From the NCBI GenBank assembly GCA_965203485.1, contig OZ241892.1:192001-256000 (forward strand): a stretch of DNA of 64,000 nt, in the 5' to 3' direction. Source of the DNA: Longimicrobiales bacterium (GTDB lineage: Bacteria > Gemmatimonadota > Gemmatimonadetes > Longimicrobiales > Gaopeijiaceae). Position 1 is the stretch's first letter; each line of letters opens with the position of its first letter. The position numbers were made by a program, and so were the translations under genes. The notes beneath the pieces are model-generated. The model was not told the origin of the DNA, did not search any database, and worked only from the letters and a program-made list of their open reading frames with translations. This document shows, piece by piece, positions 29,016 through 40,995 of the stretch.

Positions 29016-30253
29016 GCGCCGCTTGCTCCCGCCCGGGGCGCTGCGGCGCCGGGAGGCCGTTGGGCGCGCCGGCGACCTCCGTCGGCCGGGGGTTCCGTCC
29101 GATCCTGCGCCTTGGCGATCAGGTCGTCGTAGACGTAGCGCCGGTTGCGGCGGCCGCCGGTGATCTCGCGGACGATCCCGCAACCGGCCAGCGCGTCCAT
29201 GGCGGAGTCCGCGGTCTGGAACGCGAGGCCAGTGGCCCGGCAAGCCGCGGGAATCGACAGGTAGGGGCGCACGATCAACGCTTCGTAGAGGCGAAGTGCC
29301 GTCGGCGTCCGCCGGCCGGCATCGGCCGCGATCCGCGCCCGCGCGCCCGCGAAAGTCTCGACCAAGCGAGCCGCGACGGAAGCGGCATGCGCGGCGGCCG
29401 CCTCCACCGCTTCCAGGAAGTACCCCAGCCACGCCTCCCAGTCGCCAGTTTGGTGCACGCCTCTGAGCGCTTGGTAGTACGACGGACGGCGCCACGCCAA
29501 GCGGAGGCTCCAGGGCAGCAGAGGCCGGCGCAGCACGCCGGTTTCGAGCAGGATGCACGTCGCAAGGAGCCGGCCCACGCGCCCGTTGCCGTCCACGAAG
29601 GGATGGATCGTCTCGAACTGGGCGTGGGCCAACCCGGCCCGGAGGAGCACCGGCATGCCGTGGCCGCCCCGTTGCACGAAGCGCTCGAGCGTCCGCATGC
29701 ATCCGGCCACGGCGCCGTGGGGCGGGGGAACGAAGGCCGCGACGCTCGGCCGCCGGCCGCCGATCCAGTTCTGGACGCGCCGGAACTCGCCCGGACAGGC
29801 TGTCCTTCCGTGGGGACCCTGCATCAGCTCTCCGTGCATCTCGCGGAGCAGCCGGTTCGACAGGCGGACACCCTCGTTCATCCGCCGGAGCCCGTGGTCC
29901 AGGGCCGCCACGCAGTTGGCCGTCTGGGCGGCGGCCGCGTCGGCGGGCTCCTCCGCGTCGCCGTCCAAGTCGAAGCGCAGAAGCTCCAGGAGCGAGCAAC
30001 GGATGCCCTCGATCCTCGACGAAAGCATGGCCTCCTCGCGGACGAGCGTCCGGATCACCGCGGCCGCGTCGGCGCTTCCATGCGCCGCTCCTTCCAGCCG
30101 TCCCACCGCGAGGGCCGCCGCCTCCATCTTCCCCTGCAACGCTTCGTCCACGACCAGTCCCGGTCTCGGCGGCAACGGCGCCGGCACCAAGGCTTGGACC
30201 CGCTCCCCTGCGACGGCCACGACCTCGTACCTGCCGGTTTGGTCGCGTCTTAT
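29012..30253 (-). CDS. Fic-family protein (class II, N-terminal inhibitory helix, C-terminal HTH); start uncertain
   Basis: HPFVDGNGRVGR Fic motif, SSRIEG inhibitory motif, PGEFRRVQNWIG, EITGGRRNRRY. Confidence 0.92.
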   Translation of the reverse strand: MRRDQTGRYEVVAVAGERVQALVPAPLPPRPGLVVDEALQGKMEAAALAVGRLEGAAHGSADAAAVIRTLVREEAMLSSRIEGIRCSLLELLRFDLDGDAEEPADAAAAQTANCVAALDHGLRRMNEGVRLSNRLLREMHGELMQGPHGRTACPGEFRRVQNWIGGRRPSVAAFVPPPHGAVAGCMRTLERFVQRGGHGMPVLLRAGLAHAQFETIHPFVDGNGRVGRLLATCILLETGVLRRPLLPWSLRLAWRRPSYYQALRGVHQTGDWEAWLGYFLEAVEAAAAHAASVAARLVETFAGARARIAADAGRRTPTALRLYEALIVRPYLSIPAACRATGLAFQTADSAMDALAGCGIVREITGGRRNRRYVYDDLIAKAQDRTEPPADGGRRRAQRPPGAAAPRAGASGA

Positions 30254-30293
30254 TGCAAGTTCCCTTGGTTTCGTGGAATAACGAGACGTCTTA

Positions 30294-30319
30294 TTACGTT
30301 TTCGGTACTGAAAACGTAA
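30294..30319. promoter_or_regulatory. perfect 10-bp inverted repeat upstream of fic (operator or terminator)
   Basis: TTACGTTTTC-ggtact-GAAAACGTAA in an AT-rich patch between the thiC stop and fic. Confidence 0.55.
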
Positions 30320-30376
30320 CACGTTGCGGCGTGGCGGCCACGGATGGCCGCGAGCCGCGGTCACGCCCGGTGGGTG

Positions 30377-33963
<3,587 letters not shown>

Positions 33964-34154
33964 AGGACGACGGCTCCAAGCGTGGAAGCGCGCGGGCTAG
34001 GCCGCTTGGCCGGGACGGGGCCCAGGCCGCGTTCCCGGAGCGTCGGTTGCGGCCACGGATGTCCCGTGCGCAACGCCGCGCTGGACCCGCGAGCGACGGG
34101 CGCAGGCGCGAAGGGGCCGCTGTTGCGCCGGCGGGCGCTGGAGGGAGTGGTTGG

Positions 34155-35447
34155 ATGGCACGGTCCGTGACGGCGGCAGGCGCGAGGGCGCCGCTGTTGC
34201 GCTTGTCTTCGGAAGAGGCCGCGATGCTCGACGGCGGCGCCGGGCCGGCGGTCCAGCTGGCGATGCGGATCGTGGTGCGAATGGCCGGCATCCTGGGCGC
34301 GCGCGACCTGGCGAGGATCGCGTCCGCCCACATCGACGGTTGCCTGCACCACGGCGACGGCGGAGTGGAGTTCGCCGAGCGGCTGGTGGAACTCGGGGGA
34401 GCTTCGGCGGTGCCGGCCACGCTGAACGTGGGCGCCCTGGACCTGCTGCATCCTGGGCGCGTGCGGGTTGGCGCGCACAGGCGGCAGATGGCGCTTCGGC
34501 AAATGAGAGCGTACGAGGCGCTCGGCTGCCGTCCCACGTGGACCTGCGCCCCCTACCAAGCCGGACACAGGCCGCGCCTGGGCGAAGACGTGGCTTGGGG
34601 CGAGAGCAATGCCGTGGCCTTCGCCAACTCGGTGCTTGGAGCCCGGACGAACCGGTACGGCGACTTCATGGACATCTGCTGCGCGCTGGCCGGGCGCGCG
34701 CCGCGCACGGGTCTCCACCTCGCCGAGAACCGCCGGGCGACCGTCCTCGTCGAAACGGCCGCCTTGGCGCCCGAGCTCAAGGAGCGCGACGTGTTCTTTC
34801 CGGTCCTGGGGACTTGGCTGGGCCGGGCGGTGGGCGACCGCGTAGCCGTGGTGACGGGGTTGCCCGAGACGACGACGGAGGACCAGCTGAAGGCCATGGG
34901 CGCGGCGGCCGCTTCTTCGGGCGCCGTGGGGCTGTTTCACGTGGAGGCCGTGACGCCCGAGGCGCCGGACGCGACGACGGCCATGGGCGGTGGCCCGGCC
35001 GAGACCGTGCTGGCCGCGGCTCCCCCGACTCTCCGGCGCGTCCGCGACGGCCTGAGCACGGTTCCCGCCGGCCGAATCGACGCCGTCGCCGTCGGCAGCC
35101 CGCACTTCTCCCTTCGCGAGTTCGCCCACTTGGACGCTCTCCTGCCCGCGGCGCCGTTCGCCGTTCCGTTTTATGCGTGCACGGGCAGGCACGAGCACGG
35201 GAGCCTGTCCAAGGCCGGGCGCCTGCGGCGCCTTGAAGACGCGGGCGTGCAGGTCGTCGTGGACACGTGCGTCGTCGTCACCCCCGTGCTGCCGGCGCGC
35301 GGCGGCGTGCTCATGACCAACTCGGGCAAGTTCGCCCACTACACTCCCGCCAACACGGGCTACGGCGTCGTCTACGGCAGCCTGGAGGACTGCGTCGCCT
35401 CCGCGAAGCAGGGACGCGTGGTTCGCGACGAGACGCTGTGGAGCTGA
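34155..35447 (+). CDS. aconitase X large subunit (DUF521)
   Basis: AHIDGC, TWTCAPY, WGESNAVAFANSVLGARTNRYG, GSPHFS, TNSGKFAHY. Confidence 0.9.
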   Translation: MARSVTAAGARAPLLRLSSEEAAMLDGGAGPAVQLAMRIVVRMAGILGARDLARIASAHIDGCLHHGDGGVEFAERLVELGGASAVPATLNVGALDLLHPGRVRVGAHRRQMALRQMRAYEALGCRPTWTCAPYQAGHRPRLGEDVAWGESNAVAFANSVLGARTNRYGDFMDICCALAGRAPRTGLHLAENRRATVLVETAALAPELKERDVFFPVLGTWLGRAVGDRVAVVTGLPETTTEDQLKAMGAAAASSGAVGLFHVEAVTPEAPDATTAMGGGPAETVLAAAPPTLRRVRDGLSTVPAGRIDAVAVGSPHFSLREFAHLDALLPAAPFAVPFYACTGRHEHGSLSKAGRLRRLEDAGVQVVVDTCVVVTPVLPARGGVLMTNSGKFAHYTPANTGYGVVYGSLEDCVASAKQGRVVRDETLWS

Positions 35448-35700
35448 AGGGCCGGATCGGGACCGTCGCGAGCGGCGATCCGCTTCCGAATGGTCCCGTC
35501 GCGTTCACGGGGTTCCGCCTCGGGCACGGCTGGGACGCTCGCGGGCAGCGATCTGCTTCCGGGTGGGTCCCATCCGGCCATGGGAGCGTCCCGAGGGCCG
35601 CCTCATCTTTCTTCCGGGGGCGCCGAGGCCCGCGGCTCGGGCGGGACGACTCGCCGCGCGCTACTTTCTTGACCGAACCAATCCGCCGGAAGGAACGATC

Positions 35701-36177
35701 ATGGAGTACTGGGCCGCAACGTTGACGACGACGGTGATCGTCGGGGGAGCGACGCTCAGCCTGGGACGTTGGTTCGGCAGTCGCCTTGCGGAGATGAGGG
35801 AGGACATGGACCGTCGTTTCCGCGAAGCGGGGGAGGACATGGACCGCCGCTTCGCCGAGGTCGACCGCCGCTTTGGCGAGGTCGACCGCCGCTTCGGCGA
35901 AGTTGACCTCCGCTTCGGCGCAGCCGGAAGAGATGCCGACCGCCGTTTCCGGGAGACGATGGGACTCATTCAGCGTCATGCCGAGGAAAACAGGGAGGCG
36001 CACGCGGCGATCGGGCGGAGCATCAAGGATTCCGAGACGCGCATCGTCACGGTCATGAACCAGCGTTTCGAGGACGCCGGCAAGCGGGTCGACGAGATGA
36101 GCAAGCGGATCGACGATCTGCGGTCCACGGAACTGATTCAGGACCTGAGAAAGCACTTCGGTTCTTCCGGCGGCTGA
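35701..36177 (+). CDS. membrane-anchored coiled-coil protein with DRRF(G/A)EV heptad repeats
   Basis: Hydrophobic N-terminus, tandem heptads, RBS AAGGA; 158 aa. Confidence 0.8.
   Translation: MEYWAATLTTTVIVGGATLSLGRWFGSRLAEMREDMDRRFREAGEDMDRRFAEVDRRFGEVDRRFGEVDLRFGAAGRDADRRFRETMGLIQRHAEENREAHAAIGRSIKDSETRIVTVMNQRFEDAGKRVDEMSKRIDDLRSTELIQDLRKHFGSSGG
35801..35950 (+). repeat. coding tandem repeat (21-nt units plus a duplicated GAGGACATGGACCG)
   Basis: GACCGCCGCTTCG(C/G)CGAGGTC-like units encoding DRRFAEV/DRRFGEV. Confidence 0.85.
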
Positions 36178-36217
36178 GGCGCCCAGACTGGTGCGGGAGG
36201 GGCGAGAAACGAATGCC

Positions 36218-36736
36218 GTGGAGCTGACCGGCCGGCCGGTCAGCGGCGGCAAGGCCCAAGCGCGGCTGCTCGTGCTGAGCGAGCCTCTGAGCTTCTGGGG
36301 CGGCGTCGATCCTCGCTCAGGGCTCGTCGCGGACCCGCGCCATCCGCATCACGGCGAGAGCCTGCAGGGCCGCATCCTGGTGATGGAACGCACCATCGGC
36401 TCCAGCTCGTCGAGCGCGATCATGCTGGAAATGCTCCGCTCGAGCACCGCGCCGTCCGGGATCGTGGTGGGTGCGCCCGACGCCATTCTGGTGCTGGGCG
36501 TCCTGGTCGCCGAAGAGCTCGGCTATCCCACGATACCGTGTCTCGAAATCGGAACTGGCGCCGCCCGGCGGTTGCGGCGACAAAGCGGATCCTGGGCGGA
36601 ATTGCGGGACGACCGCCTGAGCATCCGGCCGAGAGCGAACCGAACCGGCCGAGTTGCGGACAACGGGGCGGAAGTTGCGCAGACGCAGCCTGCGCACCCC
36701 CGACTTAGCGGCCGATGGAGTCCAGCGGAAGGCTGA
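36218..36736 (+). CDS. aconitase X small (swivel) subunit (DUF126)
   Basis: EPLSFWGGVDP, HPHHGESLQGRILV, GSSSSS. Confidence 0.88.
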   Translation: MELTGRPVSGGKAQARLLVLSEPLSFWGGVDPRSGLVADPRHPHHGESLQGRILVMERTIGSSSSSAIMLEMLRSSTAPSGIVVGAPDAILVLGVLVAEELGYPTIPCLEIGTGAARRLRRQSGSWAELRDDRLSIRPRANRTGRVADNGAEVAQTQPAHPRLSGRWSPAEG

Positions 36737-37307
36737 CGTTCACCCCGCAGAAATCGCCCGCGACCGTTCCCGAGAGAACGAGTTCTCCGTCGGTTCCGAT
36801 CTCGCCGCGACCGGTCAAGTCCATGTCGAGTGGGCACGAACCGGCCCGGGACGGGTTCGCGACCCGCCAGTCGAAGCCGCCCGTGATCTCGTAGGCCAAG
36901 TCTATGGACTCGAAGAAGCCGTGAACGATGGTCGTCCCTTGCTGGTTCACGCCGGGGGCGCCGTCCAACGTGAAGACGACATCGTCGACATCCATGCCGC
37001 ATTGCGTGAGACCCATGACAAGGTTTACCGCGAGGATGCTGTCGGCGAGGGGATCGGGAGCGACGGACCCGGATACGGCGGCAGTTCCTCCGCGGGGGCA
37101 TGCGAACGTCGTGTCGGACACAGGGGGGCCGACTGCCGTCAATCTCGCAATTCCGTACGCCAACCCCGTGGCCTCGGCTGGGGAAAGCGAGTCCTCGGCA
37201 GCAGGTTCGGCGTTGTTCCCGCACGCCGACAGCGCGGTCGCGCAGGCAAACGCGGCGATGGCGCCGGTCTTCTTCCGGTCGGGAGCGGGCGCAGTGCAGC
37301 GAATCAT
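36705..37307 (-). CDS. hypothetical lipoprotein
   Basis: ALSAC lipobox; beta-rich, Cys-paired mature region; RBS GAGG. Confidence 0.7.
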   Translation of the reverse strand: MIRCTAPAPDRKKTGAIAAFACATALSACGNNAEPAAEDSLSPAEATGLAYGIARLTAVGPPVSDTTFACPRGGTAAVSGSVAPDPLADSILAVNLVMGLTQCGMDVDDVVFTLDGAPGVNQQGTTIVHGFFESIDLAYEITGGFDWRVANPSRAGSCPLDMDLTGRGEIGTDGELVLSGTVAGDFCGVNVSLPLDSIGR

Positions 37308-37344
37308 GGAGTCCTCTCGTCTCGAGTTGGGGCAGACCGCGACA

Positions 37345-38520
37345 TCAGGGCAGAACGTAGCGCTCCAAATGCTGCATTCCGAGTTCGTCCGTGTGCACTA
37401 CGTAGGCCCTGCCGGGGCCGAAGGCCGCGACCCGGCGGCCCGGACGCAGGTGAACCCGGGCCTCGCGCTCGCCCGACGGGCCGAACAGGTCGTAGGCCGA
37501 CGCGGCGTCGGCTCCCGTGTGCACGCGCACCCAAGCGCGGCCGACGGAGTCGACCCTGATCGGCGAATCGTAGAAGGGGGGCAGCGCGTCGGGCCAAGGC
37601 TGGGCGTCGAGATCGGTGTTGGACGGTCCGCCTCGCGACGCCTGCACCGACATCCCGCCGTCGCTCGACTCCGAAATGCCTATGCTGAGGGAACTCCCGG
37701 AGCTGGTTGCCAGCCATTCCTCCTTCTCTTCTCGGCCGATGGGGAGCGGATCGTATTCGACCGGCGGGCCGTGCACGATCGAACCCTCGAGCATGACCCA
37801 CTCGACGCTGTAGTCTTCGGCGCGCGCGATCACCAACCTGCCGTCCTCCGCGACGCCCCACGCGTCGGCCGGCGACAACGGAACCTGCCGCACGGACGCT
37901 CTCCGGTTGTTCTCGGGGCCGGACGAGGTCCGAATTGTCGAGGGCGTCTTGATGCGCGCCAGCGAATCGACGGTCCCGGTGGCCAGGTCCACGCGCAGCA
38001 CGTAGGCGGAGTCCACGCCCGTCCGCATTCCGCCAAAACCGCGGAGATAGACGCGGCCGTCGCGGTCCACTGCGTTCGGCAACGCCAAGATGAGCGGCCG
38101 GCCCGGCGTCATGCCGCCGACCACGAAGGAGCGGGAGTCCTCGAACGCCAGGTCGGGCCCGAGTTCCGTGAGCCTCGAGTTGCCCAGGTCCACCAGCAGC
38201 GTCTTGCCGCCGGGCAGCGGCCACACGGCGTCCGGCTGCATGTACTCGTCCGGGCCGGGGCCGACCCCCCCGAGCGTGTCCGCCGTGCCGGCCTCCATGT
38301 CCGCGAGCGCCAGGACCTGGCCCAGCGGATCGGCCACGAGGACTTTGCCGTCCGGCATCTCGCGCACTGTGCGCACGAGCGCGAACGCCTCCGGGAAGAC
38401 GGCGTCCGGATCGTCCATTTCCAGATGGCTCGCGCCGCCCCCGTCCATCGGCCCTCCGTCGGCGCAACCGGTTGCCAAGATGGCCGACGCAACCAGCGCC
38501 CGTCCCGTCCTCTTCGTCAT
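37345..38520 (-). CDS. 6-bladed beta-propeller (TolB/NHL-like) lipoprotein
   Basis: LATGC lipobox, GVGPGPDEY, VDSVGRAWV, TDELGMQHLERY. Confidence 0.8.
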   Translation of the reverse strand: MTKRTGRALVASAILATGCADGGPMDGGGASHLEMDDPDAVFPEAFALVRTVREMPDGKVLVADPLGQVLALADMEAGTADTLGGVGPGPDEYMQPDAVWPLPGGKTLLVDLGNSRLTELGPDLAFEDSRSFVVGGMTPGRPLILALPNAVDRDGRVYLRGFGGMRTGVDSAYVLRVDLATGTVDSLARIKTPSTIRTSSGPENNRRASVRQVPLSPADAWGVAEDGRLVIARAEDYSVEWVMLEGSIVHGPPVEYDPLPIGREEKEEWLATSSGSSLSIGISESSDGGMSVQASRGGPSNTDLDAQPWPDALPPFYDSPIRVDSVGRAWVRVHTGADAASAYDLFGPSGEREARVHLRPGRRVAAFGPGRAYVVHTDELGMQHLERYVLP

Positions 38521-38569
38521 CTTCTCTCCGTTCTTCGCTTGTGTCGAGCCTTCTCTCCGCCCGTTGCCG

Positions 38570-40756
38570 CTACTTGACGAACAACATATCGCGGTAGTTG
38601 GGCAAGGGCCACATGTCGTCGGGGATCACGGCCTCCAAGCGGTCGACGACGTCGCGGACCGCGTTCATGGCCGGAATCACGTTGTCCCTCATGTGGATCG
38701 TCTTGGACGCCATGTCGGCGCCCCCCAGCTCGGCGTTCTGCATGTCCAGCGCGTCGAGCGCGGCCACCAGTTCGTCCACGAGTGCCCCGGTGCGCCGGGC
38801 GGAGGCGGCGAGTCCCTCGGTCGCGAGCCCGGCCCGGTCGGCCTTGTCGCAGGCCGACAGCAACTGGTCGAAGTACCGCACCGCGGCGGGAAGAATCATG
38901 GTGCGGCCCATGCTGGCCGCGGTCTCGCCCTCGATGTTGACCCGGATGAAGTACTGCTCCAGGCGCACTTCGAGGCGCGACTCCAGCTCGCGCGGGCTCA
39001 GCACGCCGAACTTCTCGAACAGCGTTCGGTTCTTGGGCGACGCCATGGCCGGAAGGGCGTCCACGGCGGTGCGCAGGTTGAGCAGGCCTCGCCCCTCGGC
39101 CTCGGCGACCCATTCGGACGAATAGTTGTCGCCGTTGAAGACGATGCGCTTGAACGACTTGGCCTCGCGCGAAAGGAGCTTCCGCAGTGCGTCCTTGCGG
39201 TCGGCGCCCGAGTTGGCGGCTTCCTCCAGCTGCTCGGCCAGCTCGTCGATGGATTCGGCCACGACCGCGTTCAGGACCGTCGCTGGAAACGACACGCTGA
39301 TCGACGACCCCAGGGCCCGGAACTCGAACTTGTTGCCGGTGAACGCGAACGGCGACGTGCGGTTGCGGTCGCCGGAGTGCTTGGGCAGCACCGGCAGCAC
39401 GTCCACTCCCAGGCCCAGCAGTCCTTCGCGGCGTTCCGCCTGGGCGGACCCGGCCCGCTCGAGCTGCTCGAATACGTCCTGTAGCTGGTCGCCCAGGAAC
39501 ACCGAGATGATCGACGGCGGCGCTTCGTTGGCGCCGAGGCGATGGTCGTTGCCGGCGCTGGCGATCGAGGCGCGGAGCAGGTCTTGGTGGCGCTCGACCG
39601 CGCGCAGGACCGCGGTGCAGAAGAAGAGGAACTTCTCGTTGTCGTGCGGCGTGTCGCCCGGCTCGAGCAGGTTGCGGTCGGCAGTGCCGAAGGACCAGTT
39701 GAGGTGCTTGCCGCTCCCGTTGAGGCCCGCGAACGGCTTTTCGTGCAGCAGGCAGACGAAGCCGTACTTGCGGGCGTTCTTCTCCAGGATGCGCATCATC
39801 AGCTGCTGGTGGTCCGACGCCACGTTGGCGTTCTCGTGCACGGGGGCCATCTCGAACTGGTGCGGCGCGACCTCGTTGTGGCGCGTCTTCATCGGAACGC
39901 CGAGGCGGTAGAGGGCGACTTCCACCGACTGCATGAACGCGAGCACGCGGTCGTGAATGGAGCCGAAGTAGTGGTCGTCGAGCTCCTGTCCGCGCGGGGG
40001 CTCCGCTCCGAACAGCGTGCGGCCGGCGGTCATCATGTCGGGCCGCCGGTAGTAGAACTCCTGGTCGATCAGGAAGAACTCCTGCTCGGGCCCCAGACTG
40101 GCCGTGATCCGTCCGCTCTCCTCGCCGAAGAAGCGCAACGCGCGGCGGGCGGCGCGATCCAGCGCATCCATCGACCGCAACAGCGGAATCTTCTTGTCCA
40201 GGCTGTCGCCGGCCCAGCTGGAGAAGGCCGTCGGGATGCACAGGAAGGTCGCGGCCTCGCCCTCGAGGATGAACGCGGGCGACGTCGGGTCCCAGGCGGT
40301 GTATCCCCTCGCCTCGAAGGTGGCGCGCAGGCCGCCGGACGGAAACGACGAGGCGTCGGGCTCTCCCTGCACCAGCTCGGTGCCGCCGAACGCGGTGAGC
40401 GCCCTGCCCTCCTCGCCGACCTTGAGGAACGAGTCGTGCTTCTCGGCCGTGTTGCCGGTGAGCGGCTGGAACCAGTGCGTGTAGTGGGTCGCGCCGCGCG
40501 CGAGCGCCCACTTCTTCATGGCGTCGGCCACCGTCTCGGCGATGGAGGCGTCGAGCGGGCTGCCGTCGCGGATCGTCGCGGTCAGCCGGTCGAAGACGTC
40601 GCCCGGCAGGAAGGCTCGCATTTGGGGGACGCCGAAGGCGTTCTCGCCGAACAGTCGCTCCAGGTAGCCCGGATCGGCGGGGCGGGAGGTCTCGGGATCG
40701 GGTCGCCAAGTCTTCGCGGCCCTCAAGGAGTCGAAGCGTCCTTGGGTGGTGATCAT
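38570..40756 (-). CDS. glnN: glutamine synthetase type III
   Basis: HWFQPLTG, EPDASSFPSGGLRATFEARGYTAWD, HNEVAP, NGSGKH, DRNRTSPFAFTGNKFEFRA. Confidence 0.95.
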   Translation of the reverse strand: MITTQGRFDSLRAAKTWRPDPETSRPADPGYLERLFGENAFGVPQMRAFLPGDVFDRLTATIRDGSPLDASIAETVADAMKKWALARGATHYTHWFQPLTGNTAEKHDSFLKVGEEGRALTAFGGTELVQGEPDASSFPSGGLRATFEARGYTAWDPTSPAFILEGEAATFLCIPTAFSSWAGDSLDKKIPLLRSMDALDRAARRALRFFGEESGRITASLGPEQEFFLIDQEFYYRRPDMMTAGRTLFGAEPPRGQELDDHYFGSIHDRVLAFMQSVEVALYRLGVPMKTRHNEVAPHQFEMAPVHENANVASDHQQLMMRILEKNARKYGFVCLLHEKPFAGLNGSGKHLNWSFGTADRNLLEPGDTPHDNEKFLFFCTAVLRAVERHQDLLRASIASAGNDHRLGANEAPPSIISVFLGDQLQDVFEQLERAGSAQAERREGLLGLGVDVLPVLPKHSGDRNRTSPFAFTGNKFEFRALGSSISVSFPATVLNAVVAESIDELAEQLEEAANSGADRKDALRKLLSREAKSFKRIVFNGDNYSSEWVAEAEGRGLLNLRTAVDALPAMASPKNRTLFEKFGVLSPRELESRLEVRLEQYFIRVNIEGETAASMGRTMILPAAVRYFDQLLSACDKADRAGLATEGLAASARRTGALVDELVAALDALDMQNAELGGADMASKTIHMRDNVIPAMNAVRDVVDRLEAVIPDDMWPLPNYRDMLFVK

Positions 40757-40947
40757 TGTCTCCGTGGCTCTTGGGGGTGGGGTGGATGGAGGCCGGGGTC
40801 GGCGGGCGGGGTGCGCGCGTCGGTGCGCGGACGACGGCGGCTGACTAGGCCGCGTCCATGACGTAGTGAGGACTGGCGCCTTGCTCGTGCTCGCGCGGGC
40901 CGTTCGTTTGGATAAAAGATGGGGCCCGGCGGACGGAAGCGGAAGCA

Positions 40948-40995
40948 CTTTTGGCAGTATTTCATTTAAGTTATTTTTGATTATGATATTCGACT
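40948..40995. promoter_or_regulatory. AT-rich divergent promoter patch between glnN and the ATPase-like gene
   Basis: TTTTGGCAGTATTTCATTTAAGTTATTTTTGATTATGATATT stands out in a very GC-rich background. Confidence 0.5.

Noticed and set aside
29016..29999. N-terminal extension of the 1039-aa ORF
   Set aside because: Shadow frame of the fic gene
35801..35950. CRISPR-like repeat array
   Set aside because: Units are contiguous, in-frame 21-mers without unique spacers, and there are no cas genes
40757..40982. sigma54 promoter for glnN
   Set aside because: TGGC-containing sites lack a correctly spaced -12 GC element on the needed strand
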